From NCBI RefSeq assembly GCF_006345805.1, contig NC_043005.1:80104001-80168000 (forward strand): 64,000 nt of DNA, in the 5' to 3' direction. Made by a program: the position numbers and the translations under genes. The notes below the pieces were generated by a model, which was not told the DNA's origin, searched no databases, and worked only from the letters and a program-made list of their open reading frames with translations. The DNA is from Octopus sinensis (taxonomy: Eukaryota). The stretch's first letter is position 1. Each line of letters starts with the position of its first letter. Below are positions 12,593 through 25,570 of this stretch, one piece after another.

Positions 12593-13000
12593 TTAGCTTC
12601 AAACCAAGTATTGTGGTCATCCTGGGGCTCGCAGCTTCCTTTGCTTTACTTTCACTGAACCTTCTCTGATATGTGACATTTGGTGGATGAGGGTGTTTGA
12701 TGTTGCTGCCCTTATCTGTGTTTCTTGCCTTGAGGTAGGTTCATCCAGAACTCTTAACAAAAGGGATCCAGTCTTGTTTTGAAGGAGCTTACATCCACAC
12801 CACGCAGATCTTTAGGGAGGATATTGAAAAGCTCTGGGCCTTTGAAGCCCAAGCTACCGCAGTATCTGGTCCTATATCTTGATGGCAAAGTTGGAATTTT
12901 TGCTACCATGCAGTGGCGCCCCGTCCTGCCTTTCATGTAACTGTCAATGCCGAAGTTTGGCATAAGTTTTTTCTGGGCTTTCCGAGATGTATATTACTGC
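12590..13000 (-). mobile_element. CR1-like LINE 3' end
   Basis: PNFGIDSYMKGRTGRHCMVAKIP...GFKGPELFNILPKDLRGVDVSSFKTRLD...DEPT, then tail 'gagccccaggatgaccaca...tttgaagc'. Confidence 0.8.
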
Positions 13001-13144
13001 ATACCTTTTCCACCTTCGCTCGAGAGAGTAGAGTCTTAACTCTTACACTCTCTCCCATTAGCTGATATGTAGCATTCTGTCATCTTCTTTCTGTTGCTTC
13101 GCTGGTTCTAATTCCATCGTTAATGTTACGCTATTGGTGACCAG

Positions 13145-13146
13145 TG

Positions 13147-13215
<69 letters not shown>

Positions 13216-13319
13216 TATATATATATGTGTGTGTGTATGGGCTTATATATATATGTATATATATATATATTATATATATATATATACAAATATGTATGCG
13301 TATATATATACATACACAG

Positions 13320-13377
<58 letters not shown>

Positions 13378-13543
13378 TATATATATGTGTGTGTGTGTAT
13401 GGGCTTATATATATATGTATATATATATATATATTATATATATATATATACATACAAATATATATGCGTATATATATACATACACAGACACACACATATA
13501 TATACACACACATATATATACACACACAAACACACACACACAC

Positions 13544-13587
<44 letters not shown>
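13145..13587. repeat. TA/CA/TG compound microsatellite with an internal ~160-bp tandem duplication
   Basis: Block 'gtgtgtatgggcttatatata...caaatat(g/a)tatgcgtatatatatacatacacagacacac' occurs twice. Confidence 0.85.
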
Positions 13588-13590
<3 letters not shown>

Positions 13591-14406
13591 GTAACAACCC
13601 GAGGAAAAGAAATCTTTGAAAGGTGTGTGCTAAACATCCAATTTACTGGTACGCATGTTTAATACAATATAAATATTGGTATCATTGAATTATAAAGATA
13701 AATTAAATATAGAGATATTCTATTGACAATCCAATCATTTATTTATATTGCAATATTACATTAAATACAATGAATATAATACATAATGCAGCATAATATT
13801 ATATAAATATTCATAAAAACCATAAAAGGCCAACAATTGTTTCGACTTATGTTTCTTCTGATATACATAATCACAGTTCCATTATATATATAGTCACTTC
13901 AGGGTCTTCGGCTTAGAAATAGACGAAATTCCGTATGGATCGTAAAAATTAATTAAAACTTTTAGGTTTTGAGCGTGAGTGTTAACTATTCAATCATACA
14001 TGAATTACAATTGATATGCAACAAAAACATTTTAACGGATGATACAATCAAGTAAGTGCAATCCACAACCATCGAAATTCCCTTCATTATATATCAAACA
14101 CAACCCTTTCATGTCTAAGATAGTCGCTTGGCATCACAACATACAATAATAATATATGTGTGTGTATAAATGTATTTAATTAAGCATGTAAGTTTTCTGC
14201 TGCGTGTAACTGCGACAAAAATATATAAATAATTACATCTTCAGTACAACGTCTTATTTTTCTATTTAAATTAGTTGGTATAAAAAAATATTGTTTAAAT
14301 TAACTAATAATAATCTTCTATATTAATTATTTTCGCGAGGGATAATTCCGTAATTATTGGTAAAATCGACTTGAGCCTGTAAATGCGATAACCAAAATAC
14401 CACCCC

Positions 14407-14485
<79 letters not shown>

Positions 14486-14984
14486 AATTATATATAAATA
14501 TATGCATATATACATATATATATGTACATACCTACATACATATGTATATATATATATATACATGCATATATGGCTACAGGACATAAAAAAAATTTAACAC
14601 AATGAAAAAGGATAATATAAAAACAAAAACAGAAAGCAAACTTTTTTCGAACGATAAAAAAAAACAAATAGAGAAACGAGACATGCAACATAAAGAATGT
14701 TCCCCTTCATCAGTTTTCCATGTTTCATCTACTCCGCGTTACGAAGTTAAGGACAATACGCGACTTCTTTGAAACTGTTCTTCCCGCAAAGCAAATTAAA
14801 TAAAATTTGGAATTTTTTGCAGAGGGTGAAAGTGGTAACAAGACCAGGACAGTGAGAACAAGACAGTATCATTTTCCAAGTAAGTGTTATCTTAATAATT
14901 AGGATGCGCACTCTTCTATCTCTTCTCTGTCTATCTCTCTCCCTCTCTTGTTTTTCATCCCTTCTGGTTTTCTCTCTTGTACTT

Positions 14985-15162
14985 TTTCAGTCATTTGACT
15001 GTGGCCATGCCGGAGCACCGCCTTTAATCGAGCAAATCGACCCCATGACTTATTATTTGGAAGTCTAGTACTTATTCTATCGGTCTCTTTTGCCGAACCG
15101 CTAGGTTACGGGGACGTAAACACACCATCGGTTGTCAAGCAATGTTGGAGGGACAAACACAG

Positions 15163-15217
<55 letters not shown>

Positions 15218-15362
15218 CATTCAGTTTCCGTCAACCAAATTCACTCACAACTCTTTGGTCGGCCTGAGATCATAGTAGAAGACACTTGCTCAAGGTGCCA
15301 CACAGTGGGAATGAACCCGGAACCATGTAGTTGGTAGGCAAGCTACTTACGTCACAGCCAAT
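14985..15362 (-). mobile_element. SINE family 2
   Basis: Reverse complement of the family-2 head, body and tail, with internal CA/TA repeat. Confidence 0.85.
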
Positions 15363-15617
15363 TCTTCTTATTTATTCCTTAATTATTCTTTACTTTGATG
15401 AAGCTCCATGCTTCAGATCGGTTTTATTACCAAATATGATAAATATTTTGAGCATATCAATGGCAATACTATACAACATCGGAAGCAGAAACAGCTGTTA
15501 GATGGGATGCAGTCTATTTGTCTTGACTCTATAAATAACAATGGATATAAGTCGATTTTTGTTCATCGATATTTCTCCATTTTCTGCCTTCTTTAAATTT
15601 TATACACCCACGCACAT

Positions 15618-15673
<56 letters not shown>

Positions 15674-16017
15674 TCAAAACACAAGTCAACATTTATATGC
15701 TCTTATACATTGACTCACATTTAGAAATGAGATGATTAATGTCCTCATGTTCTCCTTAGTATTGCTTACATTCAGAGTATATTTATTTACTTTAGTGCAG
15801 AAAAGGATTTTGCCCTATTTAATTACATGTCGATGTCCCGAAGATGAAATATGATAGTAACACTTGTACGATTTTTAAAAATATTTAGTGTGATTTATTT
15901 AATATAAATGCACATCTTTTATAGCAATCTGATATAGTATATTTTTCTTTCAATCATGTGTTTTTAATGTTTCTTCAGTAAAATCTCTATCACAAGTTCA
16001 TACATATATTTGTAATT

Positions 16018-18155
16018 ATGAGACAGGGTAGTTAGTTACGAACCTGGCATGGGTGGGGCCCTGATCAACTTGGACCAATCAAAAGCCTTTGATAGGTTAG
16101 ACCATCGATATTGGAGGCAGTCCTGAGAGCGGCTGGTTTCGGTCCCGTCTTCCGCGGCTGGATAGCTGCCTTGTACAGAGGCATCCGTTCGGTAATTCGC
16201 GTAAATGGACATCTATCGACCTTTCCGACATGGCACGTTCGGTCCGTCAGGGATGCCCCCTCTCGGCGCTTCTATACGTATTGACTCTTGAGCCACTACT
16301 GCGGAAGCTGGCGACTCTAAGGGCATCCCGCGAGAATTGGGATGCGGGACGAGCGTGTCTGCATACGCGGACGACGTCACCGTCATAGTGTCTAGCCACG
16401 AGCACATCGAGCTGGTCGGCGAGACACTGAAAAACTACGAAGCGGTGACAGGAGCGAAAATCAACCGGGAAAAGTCAGTGGGCTTGCGACTAGGCACCTG
16501 GAGAAGCAAGCCCATGCCGTCCACCAGCGCCTCCGTCGTGGGACGCTGGACCGACGGCCCGGTTGAGTTGCTCGGGGTCTGGTTTGGTCGGACCTCCAAG
16601 TGGAGAAGAACTGGAACGAGATAACGAGTAGGGTGGTCACTCTCGCCCGGCAATGGGCCGAGAGGAAACTGTCCTAAAAGGTCGAGGGAGGCGGTGGCGA
16701 ACACGTACATCGCGTCCGTCATCTACTACCGCCTGACCGTCGTTACCTTGTCCCGACCCTACCATCACCAAACTACAACGCATCCTCTTTCGCTTCTTGT
16801 GGAAAGGATGCGTCCCGATGGTCAGGCGATCCATTTGCTGTCAACACACCGTTAAAAGGAGGGCTGGGCATGCCGTGGTTGATGATGCGCAGACACGCGC
16901 TGAGACTGCGACATCTCTGGCTCTATGTAGACGACGGTGAACAGGTTGTGGTCGCCGTTTGTGAGGCACGCTTTCCCGCAGCTCGTCTCCATGACCGAAC
17001 TGCAGTCGTGGATCAAAAAGAGGCCGAGGAAGGGCGAATGGCACGCGAGGTCGCGTTGCTCTCAAGCAACTCTGCCGTCCTGGGTCGACCTTAAGTGACT
17101 TCAACACAACCAAAGTATTCTATAGGGGTTTAGTGGAGGGGAGGTACGACGACGAGCTCGGGGCGAACCTGGACGTCGACGAGGAGTACCTGACCCGCCT
17201 GTTCGGGACGACTTTCGGGCCAGGGCCCATGGACAACTTCCAGAGATCCCTGGCCTGGCAGTGCTACCGAGAAGCGCTACCCGTTCGGGATAAGCTCTAC
17301 AGACAGGCTCGAAAACACGGGGCCGACCTGCCCGAGATGCGGTCAGAGCGACGAAACCGTTCTGCACGCACTCGTTCAGTGTCCAACAATTTCCGACCTG
17401 TGGCTTTATGTCGAACAACTGCTGTCACGTGTGGGACGAGTCGGTTTATCAGCTGAGTCTATCGTCAATATTGTCACGCCTCCTTCCTTCAAACGGGAAG
17501 GAAGAGCTATTTTCATCATCCTTGTGGCTATGGCGAAAGAATGTATCTGGTGGACGCGTCTGAAAGGATTGGAGACAAACACTTCCTCTCTGGTCAATCT
17601 CTCATCAACTTCTTCAAGTACCACTTGAAAAGGAAAGTGAGAGTAGAGAGGCAAGTTTGTCTAGCGAATGTTTTAAAAAAAGATGGGTGAATGTAGCAAG
17701 AATGGCACGTATGATGACGAAGCCACCTTGAGCATAGTCCTATGAACCCAGAAAATCGAAAACAGAGAGTTGCTTATTTGCAAAAAAAAAAAAAAAAAAA
17801 AAAAAAAAAGAAATATAAAATGTGACTTCATTGACCGAGGTTACCGTGGTCTTTTCCGCAGGCTTTTCTTTCCACGGGTAAACCTCACCTGTCCTCCCCT
17901 TTACACTTCATATTGACATTTCTGTGATAACGATCCCTATTGATCATTTTTTTTTTCCTCTCCCCCCCCCTTTTTTTTTTTTTTTTTTTACCCCCCTTAT
18001 TTTTGTCCTCTTTCTCTCCTTTTACGATCCCTTTTGATCGAACCTCCCCCTTCCTTTTTTTTTTTTTTTTTTTTTTTTTAATACCTTCAAAAGAAAAGCT
18101 CTACCTTGTAATTTGTTCTATCTGTGTGCAGCCCTGTGTGGCTAATAAAGAAACA
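16018..18155 (+). mobile_element. Tx1/L1-type LINE copy 3 (RT domain to 3' end), many 1-bp indels
   Basis: RT motifs LDQSKAFDRLDH (~16070), QGCPLSALLY (~16248) and YADD (16364-16375). Downstream part nearly identical to copy 1. Ends 'gctaataaagaaaca' then (TATC)n at 18156-18317. Confidence 0.93.
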
Positions 18156-18196
<41 letters not shown>

Positions 18197-18197
18197 G

Positions 18198-18246
<49 letters not shown>

Positions 18247-18257
18247 TTAATCTATCA

Positions 18258-18318
<61 letters not shown>

Positions 18319-18319
18319 G

Positions 18320-18808
18320 TTGTTTTCTAGTTTGAAGCATTTGCATTGAACAACGTGCTTTTCTCACTAAAAATTTTACACGATATGTCCATTGTATCTT
18401 GAAAGTTTATGTCAGAAGGTTTTTTCGGGAGTACTAATTGCTGTAACTCTCAGCTTCTCCTGCTGCCAGTTTTCATAAGATTAAACGCGTATTCATATCG
18501 TCGTCTCAATCTTTGCACTCTTTATTGACGATTTGTTGGAATCTTCTGAAATAAGCCCCGAAGGTAACTCTTTCGTCTTGTTCGTACTTAAACTCTGTTA
18601 TCGAGTTCGTAACATAATCCGCCGAGAAAAGTTTTTTAACATTTTCTGACGACTTACTATTCATTAATAGCAATATTTGTTGCAGAAATAGTAATTGTTA
18701 TTGTTGTTGTTGCTTCTGCTGTTGTTCTTGCACTCGTATCTGCTACTGGTGGTGTTCTCTCAGTTGTTGTTTTTGCAACTCAAGCAAACCGACCTATAAT
18801 GTTTCCAT
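18320..18808 (-). pseudogene. Ty3/Gypsy gag N-terminal remnant
   Basis: ATG at 18808, Q-rich start, then LFSADYVTNSITEFKYEQDERVTFGAYFRRFQQIVNKECKD*DDDMNTRLIL*KL...KKPSDINFQDT...KIFSEKSTLFN. This matches a common invertebrate Gypsy gag; several stops. Confidence 0.8.
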
Positions 18809-18870
18809 AATTTTACGAATTTGTAACCCGTAATATTCGGACAAAACTTTTGAGTTTCTTAACTCCTTTT

Positions 18871-18980
18871 GAGTTTGCTAATACCCCGTGAGTTTTTTAA
18901 TTCCACGTGAGTTTGCTAATTCCTCGTGAGTTTGCTAATTCCTCGTGAGTTTGTTAGTTCCTCGTGAATTTAATTCCTCG
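18871..18980. repeat. 19-bp tandem repeat in the Gypsy 5' leader
   Basis: About 5 units of gagtttgctaattcctcgt. Confidence 0.85.
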
Positions 18981-18988
18981 TCGCCTCT
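18975..18988 (-). promoter_or_regulatory. Primer-binding-site-like motif of the Gypsy remnant
   Basis: Minus strand 'agaggcgacgagga' resembles the TGGCGACGAGGA-type PBS and lies upstream of gag. The LTR end would be just to the right. Confidence 0.55.
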
Positions 18989-19324
18989 ATTGCAGCCTTC
19001 ATTGCCACTATTGTAATATCGGATTGTTATGACGCCCACTTCGGTATATCTGTTAGACCGGTGAAGACACGTCATGTGGCAGTGGTGTACCATTATTACT
19101 ATTATCCCTACAGCAGTATATTAAATTATATATATCATTTGTGCGTATTATATATAAAATGTGTGTATATATTCAATATATGATACATATAAAATGTGTT
19201 TATCATTTACCTTTATATATGAGTTTTATATGTATATATGCATATGTTTAACATATACATTTCTTTAAGTATAATGTGTGTTTGGGGTGACTGTGTTTTA
19301 CATGTTATAAATACATATATGTTA

Positions 19325-20132
19325 TATATATATATATATATATATCATGTATACATATATATACACTATATATATATATATACTCATATATATGTACATA
19401 TATGCACATATATGCATGTATACGTGCATGTATATACACACATATATAAGTATATATATACATATATATATATATACTTTTATGTATTATATGTATATGC
19501 ATATATATGCATATATGTATATGCACACACACACACATATATGTGTAAATGCATATAGATAGATAATAGATAGATAGATAGATATATAGACGAATGGATC
19601 CCTGCATAGCCGTTTTTAACATTCACTTTCAAATGTTGGAACAAGAATCATTATCTTTGTGTATGATTATGCTTTTACCATCACAAAATCATATTCCTTA
19701 AAGTGTCTAAGAATCCTATAGCTGATATTCTGTGTTTCACTGTCTCCACATGTTATCACGGAGTGAGCAGCATTGTGATAAATGGCATTTACTCCATGAC
19801 TATCCCAAACTACTGTTTGGCTCTGCTTACCTAGAATTACAAATATGTCACCCTGTATTTTTCAATCAGAGTGCGATTTGAGCATTTATGTCGAGAATCT
19901 TTGCTCCCTCTCGGTTTCTATTATAAACACAGTGTCACTCATTTTTGGAGAATGGAATAGCCGATATACAAATTTAATAAGTACTTAACGAAGAAACTTT
20001 AATGAATCTTAAACACAATGCAAAGGAAACTATACTCCAGAATCTTACCAATTAATTATAAATACATACAACATACACACACACACAACATATGATATAT
20101 ATATATATATATATAGATATATATATATATAT

Positions 20133-20168
<36 letters not shown>

Positions 20169-20905
20169 TGTATACATATATAATACACTATATATATATA
20201 TACTCATATATATGTACATATATGCACATATATGCATGTATACGTGCATGTATATACACACATATAGAGTATATATATACATATATATATATATACTTTT
20301 ATGTAATATATGTATATGCATATATATGCATATATTATATGCACACACACACACATATATGTGTAAATGCATATAGATAGATAGATAGAAAGATATATAG
20401 ATATATAGACGAATGGATCCCTGCATAGCCGTTTTTAACATTCACTTTCAAATGTTGGAACAAAATCATTATCTTTGTGTATGATTATGCTTTTACCATC
20501 ACAAAATCATATTCCTTAAAGTGTCTAAGAATCCTATAGCTGATATTCTGTGTTTCACTGTCCTCCACATGGTTATCACGGAGTGAGCAGCATGTGATAA
20601 ATGGCATTTACTCCATGACTATCCCAAACTACTGTTTGGCTCTGCTTACCTAGAATTACAAATATGTCACCCTGATTTTTCAATCAGAGTGCGATTTGAG
20701 CATTTATGTCGAGAATCTTGCTCCCTCTCGGTTCTATTATAACCACAGTGTCACTCATTTTTGGAGAATGGAATAGCCGATATACAAATTTAATAAGTAC
20801 TTAACGAAGAAACTTTAATGAATCTTAAACACAATGCAAAGGAAACTATACTCCAGAATCTTACCAATTAATTATAAATACATACATACATACACACACA
20901 CACAC

Positions 20906-20910
<5 letters not shown>
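19325..20910. repeat. ~780-bp tandem duplication (units ~19325-20100 and ~20140-20910)
   Basis: The unique cores (19590-20060 vs 20410-20880) are nearly identical and differ almost only by 1-bp indels. Confidence 0.9.
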
Positions 20911-21001
<91 letters not shown>

Positions 21002-21507
21002 AAGAGAATATTATCGCAAAGGTAATATATTTATTTTTTCTTTTAATTTCCTCTTAATTATTAGCAAATGGAATACACTTAAGGGAAAGTTAGCACAATC
21101 AACATATACGCCTCAAACAATTATAAACGTTACGAACGGAATTTTTGAGCGAATCTTTTATTGTAAGTCTTTTATTATTCATTTGTATATTTTTATTTGC
21201 TTATTTCTTTCTCTTACCCAATCCTCTCATTAACATATTATTTTCAAAACAAAACACACAATAATAAGCTAGTGTGAGCCACTATCTGCCATAAAAGAGA
21301 AAAATTGTTTGTTGCTAAATACTAATTGCATTGTTTTTGTTCTATTTTTTAAAAATTTTTGTATCGTTTTGTTTTATTATTTCTTTTGCTTTTTGTTTTC
21401 TGAAGTTTCTATGTGAAATACTTTACGGGAGCTAATAAATATTCACGTTAATCATGGCACTTCTGAGGTCATTGAGTATAAATTCTGAAAGCAACAAGGA
21501 CAGGAAC

Positions 21508-21528
21508 AATAATAATAATAATAATAAC

Positions 21529-21596
<68 letters not shown>

Positions 21597-21600
21597 CAAT
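21508..21600. repeat. (AAT)n microsatellite
   Basis: Directly visible. Confidence 0.95.
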
Positions 21601-21918
21601 GATAATAGTGAATTGGAAGGATTGTCATGATAATGTGACAATAGATGTGCTGATAAAGCTGTGCCTAATAATTTGGCTAAAAAATATGCAGCGAAACAAG
21701 TTCTCCTGTAAAAGAAAATTCTCCTGTAGGAATCTTTCTTTTGAACATTCTGCCTCAATTTTCATTATTATTTTATTTATATATTCCAATGATCTTAATT
21801 AGGCAGATGTTAAGCAATTTACAAGCGTAGATTGATGCATACACGTAGACACAACGATATAAAAATAATCATCATATTATATTTCCATATGCTCAGTGTG
21901 AAAAAAAATCTTTAATGC

Positions 21919-21976
<58 letters not shown>

Positions 21977-22034
21977 ATATGTGTGTATATATTTTTTTCT
22001 GTTATTCTGTTTTTCTCTAATACATATGTTCCCT

Positions 22035-22760
22035 GTTATTCTGTTTCAACCCCGAGGCTGTGCTCATGCTGGGGCACCACCAGTGTAATCACCCTTTCAT
22101 TGGCTAATTGTATGTGATTGGTATTTGGTGAAGGAGGGTGTTTGACACTGCTGCCCTCGTTTGAGTTTCTTGCCAGGATATTGGTTCATGTTGGATCTTG
22201 GACAGCAAGTAGTCAAGTTGTTTCTTGCAAACATCTACCTCCCACTGCATGGAAGTCCCTCAGATGTGTTGGCAAGGGGTTAAATATTTATGTGTCCTTG
22301 AATCCCAAGTTGTTGCAGAACATATTTCCCACCTTAGATGGGACAGCTTGGATTTTGAGACAGTGTGTTGCCGTCCAATTCGAGGTCTGGTATAACTACC
22401 AAGTCCAAAGTTTGATGCAAAGCCCTTCAACATCTTCCACATATATATTACTTCACACTTCACCCGTCTTCGCTCCAGGGTGATTCAATGGCATTTCTTT
22501 CAGTCTCTACCAGTAGCTCAGCTGTTCCATTGATGCAATCTTCCTTGTGTAGTATCGCTATTAATTGGACACTGTTAATTGACCACAGTTGAGAGGAGTA
22601 ATCCAGACGCCTGAGAGCAAATGCCATCCATAGGTCGAGCATAGTTTCCTGGTCACTTTTTCTGAAGGTCCTCAGAATCCATCCGCCAATTTGCATGCAT
22701 TCTGCCACTATCTTGGTGTTATGCATGTGAAATGAGGCATCATTTCTGATATCAATCTCA
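22035..22760 (-). mobile_element. CR1-like LINE 3' part, degenerate
   Basis: GWILRTFRKSDQETML...RLDYSSQLWS; YMWKMLKGFASNFGL; tail 'ggtggtgccccagcatgagcacagcc...ttgaaac'. Confidence 0.8.
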
Positions 22761-22765
22761 AGGAG

Positions 22766-22809
<44 letters not shown>

Positions 22810-22811
22810 TT

Positions 22812-23205
22812 AAAATGAGGGTGAAATATTGGATATTAATTTGATTAACATCAATTTAAAACCAGTGGTCTAGCATATTAAAATCTGAAGGTTTAGAAAT
22901 TTGAATTATATAAATTGGAGGGATGAGCACTATGTGGACAACCCTTATGCTAGAAGTAGATCCGCTATGGTCTTACCTCTATGGAATGTTACTTTTCAAT
23001 TGTCTTGCTCGCTTACGTTCTGGTGATTGCTAAATTTTCTTGAGAACATTCCTTAGTGGTACGACCATAGCGGATCTACTTCTAGCATAAGTGTTATCCA
23101 CATAGTGGTAATCCCTCTCATATGTATGTAATACAATTTTCTGAACCTCCAGATTTTAATATGATTGACCACTGGTTTTAAATTAATATCCAATTTTTCA
23201 CCAGC
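22812..23205. mobile_element. Penelope-type non-autonomous repeat in inverted arrangement
   Basis: 22812-22990 (+) is inverted relative to 23000-23200 ('agaagtagatccgctatggtc' vs 'gaccatagcggatctacttct'). A third partial copy lies at 23505-23625. It shares its start 'aatgagggtgaa...ggatattaattt' with the element at 42263. Confidence 0.6.
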
Positions 23206-23625
23206 ATTTAAAATTTAAAATTTGAATAAATACGTTCTCTAACCGGCAAAAGCCACTGCAGTGAATTATTTTTTGCAGTATGATTTCCGGTATTTTAGCG
23301 CGCCAAAACGTAACTTTTGAAAAATAACCACAAGTGTAATAGGTAGAACTGTATAGGCGGACGTCCCGTGTATAGTTCTGCAATATTTGTAATGACGACC
23401 ATACTGAATATCTACGGACAAATTCCGTAGGAAAATAACGTAACAGTTAATAGTGAAACATGTTTATGGTTAATCTATATTTTTGTTACTTTTTATTTTT
23501 ATTTGTCTTGCTCGCTTACGTTCTGGTGTTTGCTAAATTTTCATGAGGAACATTCCTTAGTGGTAAGACCATAGCGGAACTACTAGAATAAGGGTTTTCC
23601 ACATAGTGGTCATCCTTCTCATATG

Positions 23626-23698
<73 letters not shown>

Positions 23699-23740
23699 AT
23701 ATATATATATATATGTACATAAATTTATGTATATACTACA

Positions 23741-23875
<135 letters not shown>

Positions 23876-24029
23876 GTATGTATGTAATATACAAGATATC
23901 TCAAGAACAGCTGGATGGATTGGATGAAACTTTCAGGGATTTTCAGGGATTACATCGACCCCAGTACGCAACTGATACTTAATTTATCAGCCCCGAACCG
24001 ATCAAAAGCAAAGTCAACCTTATGTTTTT

Positions 24030-24870
24030 TAAGCATTCTATGTCAGACCTAAATAGCTGAATTTTGTTTTGAATACGCTCCTCCGAAGTAGGATTTTCGT
24101 GTTGTCATTTTCTAATCTTTTCCCCACATAGTATCGTTGAGATTTTCGCGGAATCATAGTGCGAGTGATTGAGATCTGTAATATCAATATCATTAGCTGA
24201 AATTATATCCTTAAGTTCAAGGCGGATTTGGCCAATTAGTTTCAGATTTTTGGGAGATAGTCTCACGTCCATTCATACTGGTTTCTTTAAATTTCATCCA
24301 TTCAAACATGATTTGATTTTTGAGATCATCTAGTTCAGTTGGGTCAATTTCTGTGTGACTTTCTTCATCTATCTAATTTTCATCTGCCTTGGTACTCATG
24401 GGTGGTTCAAAGGGTATTTCGCTTTGATTATCAATTACATTAACTCTTTCTATCATTACTGAGTTTTCATCATATCTGGACTGATCTATAATTATTTCAT
24501 CTGTAGTATCTTCTTTAGCTGTATCTTCTTTAGCTGCATCTTCGTTCACAGTATCCCTTACTGATTGTTTAATTTGGAACTATTTGAAAATAGAATAGTT
24601 TCGTTAGTTTGGTCGTCCACCCGGACGCTTCAATAGTTTCACGCAAGCACGCCATCAACTGCATATTCTTAATTCGTCAACATTTGTCCTTCCACTGTTC
24701 CACTGTAAATTGTCTACACAGGTAAGACGTTTGCTGTACGGAAGGCACCTGCTTGGAGTGCGTGTCACAAACTGCTTAAATTCTAGAGTTCTAAGATGGC
24801 ACGTAAATTTGAAATTAGGTTGATTGTTACCACGATGCCTCCATAACTTTCCAGAGCTCATTTAACCAAC
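24030..24870 (-). mobile_element. R4/Dong-like ORF N-terminal region, degenerate
   Basis: Acidic spacer, then ELDDLKNQIMFEWMKFKETSM, then ...ITDLN..., then NPTSEERIQNKIQLFRSDI (resembles PPWK.RI..KI..LR.DL of R4/Dong). Confidence 0.6.
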
Positions 24871-25024
24871 GAGCTGCTTTATCAAGAGATCTACTCAATG
24901 TGACTGACAATATTCAGTAGAGAGGAATGGCAATTGCTGGTCCCTGCGTCCGAAGAACCTGTGTGTCAACTGGTCTTGTGGCAGCCAGTTGAAGGCAGGA
25001 TCAACAGGGAAGAGAAACCAAAAT

Positions 25025-25432
25025 CAAAGATATTGCCACACCTGGGGATTCACGCTTAGAGGACAAAGAGCTGGAAAAATAGAATATTACAGACTACTAT
25101 CAGACAAAATTGCAAGAATGGTGGCATATGAGGTGAATAACTGTCATCCTAGTAACTGTAGGGGCACTCGGACACTAACAACCAGGTTCGAGAAATATGT
25201 CGGAGAAATTGGAATTGATATGCGTGCAGAACAGGCCCCCCCAAGCTGTTCTATTGGAACAGATAGGATTTTGAGACTGCTGCTTGGGTGTTGAATGTCT
25301 TTTATGATAACTTAATGTCCAAGTACCAAAGGTTATAATTTGCGGATCCATGTGAAGCCTCTGGCAACAGGTTGCTGCAACTCTCACAAAATCAACCAAA
25401 GCAGAGTAACATCAAGAAGTCTGAAAAGTATA
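25025..25432 (+). mobile_element. R4/Dong-like 3' end (RLE endonuclease plus 3' UTR), ending in (AAT/GAT)n
   Basis: DIATPGDSRLEDKELEK/IEYYRLLSDKIARM...TTRFEKYVGEIGIDMR...GTDRILRLLLGC* (stop at 25294), then UTR and microsatellite 25430-25566. Confidence 0.85.
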
Positions 25433-25513
25433 ATAATGATGATGATGATGATAATGATAATAACAACAACAGCAATAATAATAATAATAATAATAATAAT
25501 AATTATAATAATA

Positions 25514-25560
<47 letters not shown>

Positions 25561-25570
25561 AATAATGAAT

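Noticed and set aside
14690-14750. Permuted hammerhead in the repeat family at 14575-14760 (-), 41915-42100 (+) and 56160-56300 (+)
   Set aside because: CTGATGA and GAAAC half-motifs are present, but I could not form convincing stems I and II.
18871-18980. 19-bp repeats (and 18-bp repeats at 25571) as CRISPR-like arrays
   Set aside because: They are contiguous tandem units with no unique spacers, no cas genes and a eukaryotic context.
21590-21790. Possible R4/Dong fragment next to the AAT array
   Set aside because: Only a short chance-level match (ELEGL); no sustained homology on either strand.
23343-23382. Imperfect ~38-nt hairpin agaact...agttct
   Set aside because: Short and mismatched; expected by chance in 64 kb.
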